Assembly: GCA_043228905.1 (NCBI GenBank)
Contig: JBHGNT010000001.1
Location: 25,668,001 to 25,732,000 of the forward strand
Direction of reading: 5' to 3'
DNA length: 64,000 bases
DNA from: Azolla caroliniana
Taxonomy: Eukaryota > Plantae > Polypodiophyta
Both the position numbers and the translations under genes were made by a program. A model generated the notes under the pieces. That model saw only the letters and a program-made list of their open reading frames with translations, ran no database searches and was not told the DNA's origin. This document shows positions 33,556 through 45,100 of the stretch, one piece after another (the first letter of the stretch is position 1; each line of letters opens with the position of its first letter).

Positions 33556-34670
33556 TGTCGTGTGGTTTTTCACACACGATATGAAAACTAGTAAAATAAT
33601 TATTTACGATTAGCTTAATATATGGATATGGAAAGCTAGATGTGTTAAAGAGCTTATTAGCGTATTTTACTACACTTAAAACGGATAAAAACAAGTTTCG
33701 GGCGTACGCGTGGACGTTTCGGACGGACGCGTATGTGCGGAAGAGCGTGCGAACGCGTGTGTGTGCACGCGCGCATGCATGGACGTACGCGTGGACGTTT
33801 CGAACGGACGCGTGTGTGCGCACGCGCGCATGCGTGGATGCCTACACTACTGCACGGACGAGACTTTTGTGCGCGGATGCGTATATGGTGCGGGTTGGAC
33901 ACGCGCGCGCGTGGATGCGTACACTACAGCGCGGTCGGGACGTGCGCATGTGTGGATGCGTACACTACTACGTGGTCGAGACTTTTGCGCGCTGACGCGT
34001 CTACGGTTTGGTTGCGACGCACGTACGGATTGCACAGGGGCTAAACTTTATGGATGATTGTGTCATTTGGCCAAATTATACGGACAATCGCATGCAACCA
34101 AAAGCCAAGGCCATGCAACTAAAAGTAAAAAGGCATGCATCTAAAAATGGAAGCATGCGACTAAAAGCAGAGGCCATGCAACTAATAATAGAGGCCATCC
34201 GACTAAAAGTGGGCATCCAAAGTAACAGGAGGATCAACGAGGAGCTGGATATATGTCCCATTTTTTCCCTCCTAGTTTTTTTTTTCTTTTTTTCTTGGCC
34301 CTTCTTTCTTCTTCCCTCTCGGATTCGAGAAACAATTTATCTCACATATTGATATCAAACTCCTAGCTTTGTTTACTTGATCTTTCTTGTCAAAAATTAT
34401 CTCTCGTATTCATATCGGACCACTCCTTGCATGGTTGTTGGCTCCTTTCTTTGAAAAACTAATCTCTCATTCCCATACCCAACCCATTGTAACACGATTC
34501 TGAAATTATAAAGAATCGATTTTCTTTTGCAATAAACAAATGATTTGTCTCTCCCACTTGTCTTATGCTTAAAACTTGCTTCTGTTGTACGTGTTGCACT
34601 AAATCCTTCTAGTCCAGAACCCCGGCGGTTCCGCCTCACGATCTACACATAGTGACGGATTTTCACGACA
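33556..34670 (+). mobile_element. Solo LTR (1115 bp) of a related subfamily, with internal CpG-rich repeats
   Basis: TGTCGTG...CACGACA termini; family U5 motif GTCCAGAACCCCGGCGGTTCCGCCTC; TSD ACGC (33552-33555)/GCGC (34671-34674). Confidence 0.82.
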
Positions 34671-34676
34671 GCGCGG

Positions 34677-37600
34677 TGTCGTGAAGAATTTCGGCCAGAG
34701 GTGGAAACCGGGAACGTTGGCTACATCGGCGGGGTGCAGCGTGTGTACGCACCCATGTGCATTTAGTGTGAATATCGAGGGCGCCTTTATGGCGCCGAAG
34801 AGAGTCAAGTCAGGGCAGACGATCCCATGTAAGGCGGGATTTGTCCCACATTGTAACGCATCCCTCTCCTTGTACTATAAAAGGAAGGGATCACCCTTTG
34901 GAAAAGGGTTGCCCATTTTGCATTCGAGGGTATACCGTTAGGTTTAGAGTTAGGTTTCTTCTTCTTCTTCTTCCCCCTTCATGTTCGTTTAGGGTTAGCT
35001 TCAGCTCATCTCCTACGCAAGACCCCGCTCGGCGCGACGAGCCTGTAAGCTCCCCGACGGCGGCTTGGCAGCAGACGACTACTGTAACCTACCTCAGTCC
35101 GGCTCAAAGCCGGGAGTGTATTCTTCTTATATATATATACATATACGTTTGCGTTTGTCTGTGTATATTGGCGTCTTTGTTGGTGTCGGGTGCTCCCCTC
35201 CTTTCCTGCGTTTCCTGTACATGAGGGCGTGAGCTGCGTGTGTGTGCGCGCGAGTCGGTGTCAAGCGCGCGCTCCCTCTCTTTCTCTCTCTCCCTTCGGT
35301 TGCTTCCGGCGTGCTTCTAGGATGCACCGGAAACGGTGAAGTGCGACTTCCTACGCTCCGTCGCTCCTTAGTCCAAGACCCCCGTGGTCCCGCCTTTCTC
35401 CACGCACGCGTTGTCGAGGTATTCCTCGCGGATGCGTGGAACGAGGCGGGACCTCGGGGGTCCTGTACCGAAGAGCAAGAGAGAAAGGAGAAGAGACCCA
35501 CTACATGCGAGCGTAGATCCACAGGGACACGGCCCTTCGACCCAAAGATGCGAGTGGGACAGCGACACAGAGAGACACGAATGTATGTATGTATTAACAA
35601 AGACAAAACAACAAGAGGACGAAGTCGGTTACAACCGAACAGGCCGGCGAACAGATGTCGATGCCTGTTCGTAAACGCACAGAAAGAAAGGAGTAGGTTG
35701 GAGGTGCTGCCGGAAGCACTCGGGCATTCCTCAGAGCAGCGCGAGCCTCCCGAAACCTGCACAGAAAGGAGCTATGGAGTTTGGAAGAGAGAGAAGCCTT
35801 CGGCCCACAATCCGACAGCACTTCGTCCTCTCTTACTTCGCGATCCTCTCCTCCTCCTCGTCTCCCTCCTTTTATAGGCAAGAAGGGAGCCGTTTCCTAT
35901 TAACTTCTTCTATGTACAACGTAAGGCGTACGTGCACGAAGAGCCGGTTCCTATGCTCCAGCGCACCGATTCCGCTTGTGGACGGTTTTCTTCACGACAT
36001 CCGCCCCCACCTAACCGCGCATCCACCGGCATGCGCCAAATTGAGTTGGGACGGAGAAAACCGGTCCAGCCTTTATTCCTCGCCCGTCGGTTCTTCTTTG
36101 GTTTCGGATCATTCGTCGTCCCGGTCCAGGTTATCCGGATCCGGCTCGTCGTCATGACGCTTCTTGAACGCTTTGATCCGCTTCCCAGCTACTGGTATCA
36201 CCATTCTCGTGCCGTCGAGTTCCGCCAGATGGTACGTCCCGTTGTCGTTGGCCCTTCGTACCACGTAAGGCCCGAACCACCTTCTTGCGAACTTCCGTGT
36301 TGCTCGATGTTGGTTGTCGAGGCTGCTGTCATAGACTAGCACCCAGTCGCCTTCCTCGATCTTCTTCGGTCGGAGCCAGTGCGTCCGGTCGAACCGGGCT
36401 TTGTTCCTCGTCCTTGCCACCCGAAGCTTTCCCGCAGCCTGCTCCACGTCCTCCGGTCTTCGCTCGAGCTATCGTATGCGCGCCGCCAACAGTTCCTCCT
36501 GGCTCATCTCGTCTCTCCAGTCCACGGTTGCCCATGAGGAGATCGTACGTTCCATCGGCATGACCGGCTTCTGCCCAAACATGAGCTCTGCCGGCATGAA
36601 TCCGGTTACCGAACTGTGCGTAGTTCGGTCAGCCCACAACGCGTAAGGCAGCAGCCGTGGCCAGTTCCCGACTTGCCCTCCGCATGCCCGAACTAACGCC
36701 TTGGCGATCGGTCCGTGTCCGCGCTCCACCTTTCCATTTGCCTCCAGATTGTACGCAGTGGTAAGCGAGAGCTTGACCCCTAACCGGTTGAACAGCTCCT
36801 CGGCCTCTTCGGCGTCCAACTCCCCGCGGTCAGCCACGATCTTCCCGACACACCCATACCGGCATATTACGTCCTCGAGCAGGAACCGACATACGGCTGC
36901 AGTCGTTTTGTTCTGAAGGGCCCGGCCTTCCACCTGGTTCGTCAAATCTTTCCAAGCCAGGACCAGATACCGCATCTGTCCTACTCCCATCGGCATCGTC
37001 ACCAGGTCTACCATCCATTTGAAGTGGATGGTCGGAGGGTACGTAGGGTGAAGTTCGTCCCGGTGTCGGACTATGGAGTGTATCTGACAGCTCTCGCAAG
37101 TTGTCACGAACTGATGCACGTCCCGGTACAGTCCCGGCCACCAGTACTTCCCCTTTATCTTCTCGAACGTGGCCCAGGTTCCACGATGTCCGGCCCAAGG
37201 GTTGTCGTGGTAGGCCGTCAGCAGCTCCTCCTGTTCTTCCTTCATCGCCACTACCCGGAGCGGGACGCCGTTCCTCTTCTTCGGGTGCTTCCATAAGTAT
37301 CCGTCCCGAAGAAAGAATTGGTAAGCTTTCTTCCGGATCTGGTTGGCCTCGTCCTTCGTCCATGACGCATCCGGCGTCATTGTCCTTAAAAATCCACCGA
37401 TCTGGAGCCACTCGCCGTCGTCCTTACTCTCGTCGAAGTCGTTAAGTGCCGGAGTGCTCGTCCCATCGGTCGTCACGTACGCCGCCTCGAAGAAGTCCAC
37501 GCCGACTTCTTCGTCCTCCGAAAGCATGTCGGCCATGGCGTTGTCCTTTCCGGAAATGTGTCGTAATCACTTCCGTCCCGATCAGGTAGTCTTTGTCGGC

Positions 37601-40600
37601 CTTTACTGCCGAAACGATACCCCAGAGTTCGCGTTTAACCTGGGCGTACCCTGGCTGTCGCTCACTGAGGACCTTCGCGCCGAATCGGATCGGGAACCGA
37701 ATGCCGTCCTTGTCCTCTTGGTTGACGACCCATCCGATCCCGGTCGGACTCGTGTCCACCGTTATGTATACCGGGGTACCCTTCTCGTAGACAGCCTTCC
37801 GGAGCGCCGGTGTGCTCGTCTCGCCACTCGAATTTCCGCCCCTTCTTCAACAACCCGTATAGCGGCTCCGCAACGTGGGCGTAGTGCGGGATCCATATGT
37901 GGTAGAATGCGCATGCCCCCAGGAACCTCCGAACTTCCGTAACCGAGCTACAGTCGGTCTTCATCACGGAGATGGCTTCTACTTTTGCCGGAGACGGCTT
38001 CCGGCCATATGGGCCACATAGGTGTCCGACCACCAGGATTTCTGATTGCCCGAAGGCCGATTTCTCCCCGGAGAAGGTGAGCCTCGCATCCTCTAGCCTT
38101 TGTAGCACCTTCTCGCAGTCATCGATGTGTGCTGCCACGAATCGTCGGCATCCATCCGGTCCGAGTGTCGCGTCCTTCTCTTCCACCAGGCACCCCTTGA
38201 TCGGGATGTCGTCTAGAAATGGCATGGTGATGTCCGGGATGCAATCCCTCAGTACCTTGTTCATTGCATTCATCATGTGGGCCACCGAGTTGGTCCCTCC
38301 TTGTGGCAGGGTACACATTCGCACTAGGCCAAGGGGAGTTCGCATCGTCGTAATGTCTCTGCTCTCCACAGCTAGCTGGAACTGGTCGTACCCCGAGTAC
38401 AGATCACCGACCGAGTAAATCGACCTCCCGGCGAAGGCCTCCGCGAACTCGTCTATGGTCAGTCCGATTCCTACGTTCCGAATGGTCACTCTGTTGACCG
38501 GCTGCAGGTCCTGAATGAAGCGCAATGTTCCGTTTTTCTTTGGTACGGTAAACCATCGGTTTGAGTATGGCGCGCTTGACGGTTCGAGAATACCCATATC
38601 GACTTTCTGCCTCAATAGCTCCATCAACTTCGGGATGTCAGCTCTCGGTACTGGAATCGGCTTGAGATTCCACGGTACATGCGGTACCGTGAATATCACC
38701 ATCGGCTCCACGATTGTTGGGTCTACGCATCCGATCTCTTCCGGCGAGAATGCGAAGGCTTTCCCGTGCCTTCCGAGCATTCTCCGAAACCGGTCTTCCT
38801 CCGCCGGTAGTAGGAACCCGCCCCCACCGATTTTGAGCTCCCGGAGCGTTCCGTCGGTGAAGGTGTGTCCTATGCAGACCGGATCTCGTAAACTGGGGTC
38901 CGACGCAACCCCTTTGATCCGGGACTCGCTGCCCTCCGGTAAGGGTGTCGTGACTGGCCTTACCTTCCGGTCCACATTCTTGTACTTCGTGCTAACTCGG
39001 GCCGTCCGATCCGACCCGAGCCCCTGACTGAAGTCCGCGATGACTTCGTACATCTCTTCGGAACATACCAGTATCGTCCGGTCTTCATTAAGGTCTTCTC
39101 CGGCTACCTTCCTCAGCATTCCCAAGGTGTCATCGAAGGAGACCGCCTCCACGGCTTCGCTGATTTCCTCGTCCGGGCCAAGGACTCCGCACGCTCGAAG
39201 TCGCTCCTCCGCGCTTGCCTTTTCTTGGCCAACGATGTCGACCATTACACACCCTCCGTCGTTGGAGAAGCAAAATTTCCTACCTATCGTGCAAGGTATC
39301 TTCGGTTTCGGTTCTATCGTACAGTCGTGAGGTCTTGGCCCCACGCCTTGGCAGCCCTCTCTAAAAATCCTCCCGGTTCTCGCCACCGCAGGATTCGCGG
39401 TTTCGCTCGTGGTTCGGCCGCACCGTCAGAAATTGAACCGAATGGCGCCCGTCCTGGCTTTTCACCCTCGCGTAGGCCGAACCGTTGTCCAGCACCTTGG
39501 TCTCCATTCGCGCCGCCGTGATGTATGGTTCCCCTAATATGACCGGGTGCGAGGACGTCTCCTGTACAAAGAAGTGTTGGTCAATCTCGACGTCGCTGAT
39601 CTTGACTCGCACGTTCGGGCAGGCCCCGTGCAGTTCCTCGGTGGCGCGCGTCGCCGCCCGTATCTTCCACCCATGCTTGGTGTTGATCGGCCACTTTCCC
39701 TTCTTATAGAAGTCCATGGACATCAGGTTTATTTCCGAACCGTGGTCCACCAATGCCACCACCGGTTCCTGAACATCTCCGATCTTTACCGGGGTCTCCA
39801 TGGTCGCTCGGGCCTAGTCTGGCCTCGAATAGTGGCTCTCCGCCCACTCATCTTCCAGCGCCAAGTCGTCGATGTGCGTCGTCTGCACCTCCACCGGCCT
39901 TTCCAGTTCCGTCTCCGTCGACAGCCTCTTCCGCTTCACCAAGTCCACAATGGAGTCGTGGAACTCCTTCTTAGCGATCCCTAGCACCTCCCGCAATGAC
40001 AGCTCCACTTTGCTGTCGAGGATCCGCTCTTCTAGGACCTTTCGTAGGTCCGTGGTCCTTTCTATTTCCGTCCCCAGTCGGTATCCGCCCTTCCTGGGGT
40101 TATCCTGCAAGCTGGACCCACCGGCATCGTTCCGTCATTGCCCGAATCGGGTCTCGTACCGTTGTGAGGGCCCAGCCGCGCTGGCTTTCCCCACTCGTTT
40201 GTCTTCTACCAGAGCCTCGTAGTTCCGGCAAGCGGCTTCTACGAAGCCCGTCTTCTCCTCGACTGGATCGCTCCACCCGGTTATTTCCCGACCCATCTCT
40301 CAGCATGGTCCGTTTCCTCTTTCCTCAGCCGTGTGCCGGCAAGACCTCCCAGCATTGCCGACCAGAATCCGTCTTTGCCCTCCTTTCGGGCCTCGCTGCC
40401 CCCGACCCGAATGCTGGCCGACGCCGAGTAGTGGATGGCCTCCACGTGTCAGGCCGCTGCCTCTTCCATCAGTCTCTTCATACCTCCTCGCCCGTCGTTT
40501 CGGTTTAGGGCCCTTCTGGTATCGCCGGCGTGCACCCGGCCTTCCCACAGGTACACCACCCGGTTCCTCAACGCCTCAGCGAAATCGCCGCAGTCCTTCC

Positions 40601-42135
40601 GGATGTGGCCGACCTCGTCGCACCACATGCACCTATTCCCTGCTACCGGCCGTCAGTCACGAGCCGGTTCGCCGCCTTCCCTTCGAGTCTGGGCGATCTG
40701 GAGATCCTTTATCGCCCGCGTCAACTCCTCCAGCGCTGCTCCTCCGGACGAGCCATTGACCATGCCGGTCGAAGCCGGACCGGTTTCTAGCCATTCCCGG
40801 GTTTCTTCCCTTAGCTCTTGCGGTGCCGGTTCAAGCCTCCTTGCTGTGACAGAGCCTGCACCAGCCGCCCCGTTGTCAGTCCATTCTCGCCGTTTGTCGA
40901 AACAGCCACAGACTCTCTTAACCGCAGCCCAGTCGGTCGTCAGCCCATCTTCGGTTTCCAGCAAAGAGCCGACTTGATCTCAGTCCCGCTCGTTCACCGA
41001 CTTGACGAACAGTAGGACCCGGCTCGTATCCAGAACGGTTCGGTCAAGCGCTGAAAGGCGCGCAAAGCGTTCTTCGAACTCCCGGAGGAGTGCCGACGCG
41101 TTTATTCCCTTGCCGGGGGACTCCACCCATTCCATGAAGTCCCGTTTCGAAAGCCGGAGCGCGTCGTCCAACCCGTATTTTTCTAGGAGTCGGCCTTCGA
41201 ACTCCTCCGAGGTACGGCTCTCCGCCCGCACCTCGAGCACCTCCGCATGGATGCTCGGCATCGCCACTCGAGGAAACCCGGCAAGACGCCTCTCTTCCGG
41301 AATGTCCCGCATCAGCATTTCTGCCCCGTAGGACGCCAAATACTTCGTGGCATCCTTTCCGCTGAACCGGCCGATCGTACCGACGACCGCCTCAATGGCT
41401 CTGTCGAGGGCGCCGGTGCCCTCGCGTGCACTCAATATCCATTCCACGGCCGAAGCCATGGCCTCTGCCAGATCCGACCCCTTCATCTTCTGCTCTTCTG
41501 CCGCCTCCTTCACGTCGGGTTCACCAAGATGTCGAGGTATTCCTCGCGGATGCGTGGAACGAGGCGGGACCTCGGGGGTCCTGTACCGAAGAGCAAGAGA
41601 GAAAGGAGAAGAGACCCACTACGTGCGAGCGTAGATCCACAGGGACACGGCCCTTCGACCCAAAGACGCGAGTGGGACAGCGACACAGAGAGACACAAAT
41701 GTATGTATGTATTAACAAAGACAAAACAACAAGAGGACGAAGTCGGTTACAACCGAACAGGCCGGCAAATAGATGCCGATGCCTGTTCGTAAACGCACAG
41801 AAAGAAAGGAGTAGGTTGGAGGTGCTGCCGGAAGCACTCGGGCATTCCTCAGAGCAGCGCGAGCCTCCCGAAACCTGCACAGAAAGGAGCTATGGAGTTT
41901 GGAAGAGAGAGAAGCCTTCGGCCCACAATCCGACAGCACTTCGTCCTCTCTTACTTCGCGATCCTCTCCTCCTCCTCGTCTCCCTCCTTTTATAGGCAAG
42001 AAGGGAGCCGTTTCCTATTAACTTCTTCTATGTACAACGTAAGGCGTACGTGCACGAAAAGCCGGTTCCTATGCTCTAGCGCACCGATTCCGCTCGTGGA
42101 CGGTTTTCTTCACGATAGCGCGTAACAACGCGACA
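34677..42135 (+). mobile_element. Solo LTR G (34677-35411 plus 42122-42135), split by element H
   Basis: Starts TGTCGTGAAG and ends CGCGACA; TSD GCGG at 34673-34676 and 42136-42139; TATAAAAG; family U5 motif at ~35371. Confidence 0.85.
35412..42117 (-). mobile_element. Trp-primed Ty3/Gypsy copy H, full length but decayed (588-bp LTRs 35412-35999 and 41530-42117)
   Basis: TSD GCGT (35408-35411)/GCGC (42118-42121); PBS ~41509-41526; PPT 36000-36016; gag-PR and pol fragments on minus; about 10 transition differences between the LTRs. Confidence 0.93.
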
Positions 42136-45100
42136 GCGGAAAGGCGGGTCCGGGAGCTAACCGGGTGGAGTGACCCGGTCGAAGAGAAGACGGGCTTCGT
42201 TGAAGCTGCATGCCAAAACTACGAGGCTCTGGTAGAAGACAAGCGAGTAGGTAGGACCGGAGGGGCCGGACCCTCGCAACGGTACGAGACCCGATTCGGT
42301 CAAAGGCAGAATGAGGTCGGTGCAACCGGCGCACCGGACAAAGCCAAGAAGGCCGGGTACCGGTTGAGCACGGAAATCGAAAAGACCACGGACCTGCGAA
42401 AGGTCCTGGAGGAACGTATCCTCGACAGCAAAGTGGAATTGTCACTGAGGGAAGTGCTCGAGATTGCCAAGAAAGAGTTCCACGACTCCATCGTAGACTT
42501 AATGAAGAGGAAGAGGTTGTTGACAGAGCCAGAGCCGGAGAAGCCGGTGGAAGTGCGAACGACGCACATAGAGGACATGGCGCTAGAAGAAGAGTTGGCC
42601 GAGAGCCACTATTCGAGGCCGCATTGGGCCAGAGCGACCACGGAGACCCTTGTTAAGGTTGGGGATGTTCAGGAGCCGGTGGTGGCGTTGGTGGACCACG
42701 GTTCAGAAATCAACTTGATGTCCATGGACTTCTACAAAAAGGGGAAATGGCCGATCAACACCAAACACAGCTGGAAAATATGGGCAGCAACACGCGCTAC
42801 GGAAGAACTACATGGAGCCTACCCGAATGTACGGGTGAAAATCGGCGATGTCGAGATCGACCAGCACTTCTTCGTACAAGAGACGTCCTCACATCCGGTA
42901 ATACTAGGAGAACCATACATCACGACGGCACGGATGGAGACGAAGGTGCTGGACAATGATTCGGCCTATGCAAGAGTCAAGAGTCAGGACGGGCGCCACT
43001 CGGTCCAGTTCCTAACGGTGTGACTGAACCATGAGCGTAACCGCGAGACCCTCGGTGGCGAAGCCCAAGGGGATTTTTAGAGAGGGCTATCAAGGCGTGG
43101 GGCCGCAATAGTCCGGACAACCCGGAAAAACCCCACAAATGTACAATACGGAAGAAGACCTGTACCATAGGTGCGAAATTTTGGTTCTCCGACAACGGAG
43201 GTTGTACTATGGTCGGCGTCAGCGGCCGGGAAAGGAAGCGAGCGGAGGAGCGGCTCAGGGGATGCGGAGTCCTCTCCCCCGACGAAGAGATCAGCGGAGC
43301 CGTGGAGGCGGTCTCTTTTGACGACACCTTGGGCGAGTTGCGAAAGGTGATCGGTGAAGACCTTAGATAAGATCGGACCGTTCCGGTAGGTTCGATGGGA
43401 ATGTATGACGTCATCACGGACTTCGGGGAGAGGATCGGGTCGGATCAAACGGCCCGCGTGAGTATGAAGTACAAGACTGTGGACCGGAAGGTAAGGCCGG
43501 TCGCGGCACCCATGCCGGAGGACAGCGAGGAGCGGATAAAAGGGGTCGCGTGGACCCAAGTTTACGGAATCCGGCTGGCATAGGGCACCGGTTCACCGAC
43601 ATAACGCTACGGGAGCTCAAGGTTGGTGGGGGTGGCTTCCTACTGCCGGCGGAGGAGAACAAATTTCAGAGAATGCTCGGAAGGCATGGGAAAGCCTTCG
43701 CGTTCTCGCCGGAGGAGATTGGGTGCGTGGACCCGACGGTTGTCGAACCGATGGTGATCTTCGCGATACCGCATGTACCGTGGAATCTCAAACCGATTCC
43801 GGTGCCAAGAGCTCACATCCCGAAGTTGATGGAGCTTCTAAAGCAAAATGTGGAGATGGGCATCCTCGAACCGTCGAGTGCCCCATATTCAACTCGGTGG
43901 TTTACAGTGCCGAAGAAGAACGGCACGTTGTGCTTCATTCAGGACCTGCAACCGGTCAACAAGGTGAGCATACGTAATGCGGGAATCGGACCGACCATAG
44001 ACGAGTTCGCGGAGGCCTTCGCTGGAAGATCGATCTATTCGATCGGTGACTTATACTCGGGGTATGACCAGTTCCAACTAGTCATGGAGAGCAAGGATAT
44101 CACGATGACGCGAACTCCTCTCGGCCTAGTATGGATGTGTACCCTACCACAAGGCGGGACAAATTCGGTGGCACATATGGTGAACGCAATGAACAAGGTG
44201 CTAAGGGACTGCATCCCGGATATCACCATGCCATTTTTGGACGACATCCGGATAAAGGGTTGTCCGGTGCAGGATGCGAATGAGATTGTCGGGCCAGACG
44301 GATGCCGGGGGTTCGTCGTGAACCACATCAACGACTGCGAGAAGGTGATGCAGAGGCTCGAGAGCGCACGACTCACCTTCTCCGGAGGAAAATCAGCATT
44401 CGGGCAGTCGGAGATCTTGGTGGTCGAGCACCTGTGAGGGCCTTACGGTAGGAAACCGTCTCCGGCAAAGGTAGAAGCCATCTCCGCGATGAAGAACGAC
44501 TGCGGGTCAGTTACGGAGGTCCGCAGATTCTTGGGGGCGTGCGTGTTCTACCACATCTGGATTCCACACTACGCGCATGTTGCGGAGCCGCTCTACGGGC
44601 TATTGAAGAAAGGGCGTAGGTTCGAGTGGAGAACGGAGCACACGGAGTCGGTTCGGAGGCTAAATGAGGCGCTTACGGTAGCGCCAGTTCTCCATAAAGC
44701 ATCTTACGGCAGGGGCGTTCCCATCTCCGTGACGGTGGACATGAGCCCGACCGGGATCGGGTGGGTGATCAATCAAGAGGATGACATTGGCACAAGGTTC
44801 CCCATCCGGTTCGGCGCGAAGGTCCTCAGTGAGCGACAACGAGGATACGCCCAGGTTAAACGCGAACTCTGGGGTATCGTTTCAGCGGTGAAGGCCGATA
44901 AAGACTACCTGATCAGGACAGAGGTAATAATCGAGACGGACTGCCTGCCGATTCTCGGCATGGTTTCCAGATGCACGATGCTGAACCTAGCAATGCTCCG
45001 GTGGATAGCGTACATCAAGTCCCTGAATCCGGAGATTCGACACATTTCCGGAAAAGACAATGCCATGCCCAACATGCTCTCAAGGGTGAGGTTCGAAGAC

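Noticed and set aside
33530-34057. Several overlapping ORFs rich in R, A, C, V, H and T
   Set aside because: Translations of the purine-pyrimidine repeat array inside a solo LTR.
37662-39386. 574-aa ORF suggesting a different gag-pol junction in copy H
   Set aside because: Produced by a deletion in the frameshift cassette and a later frameshift in a decayed copy.
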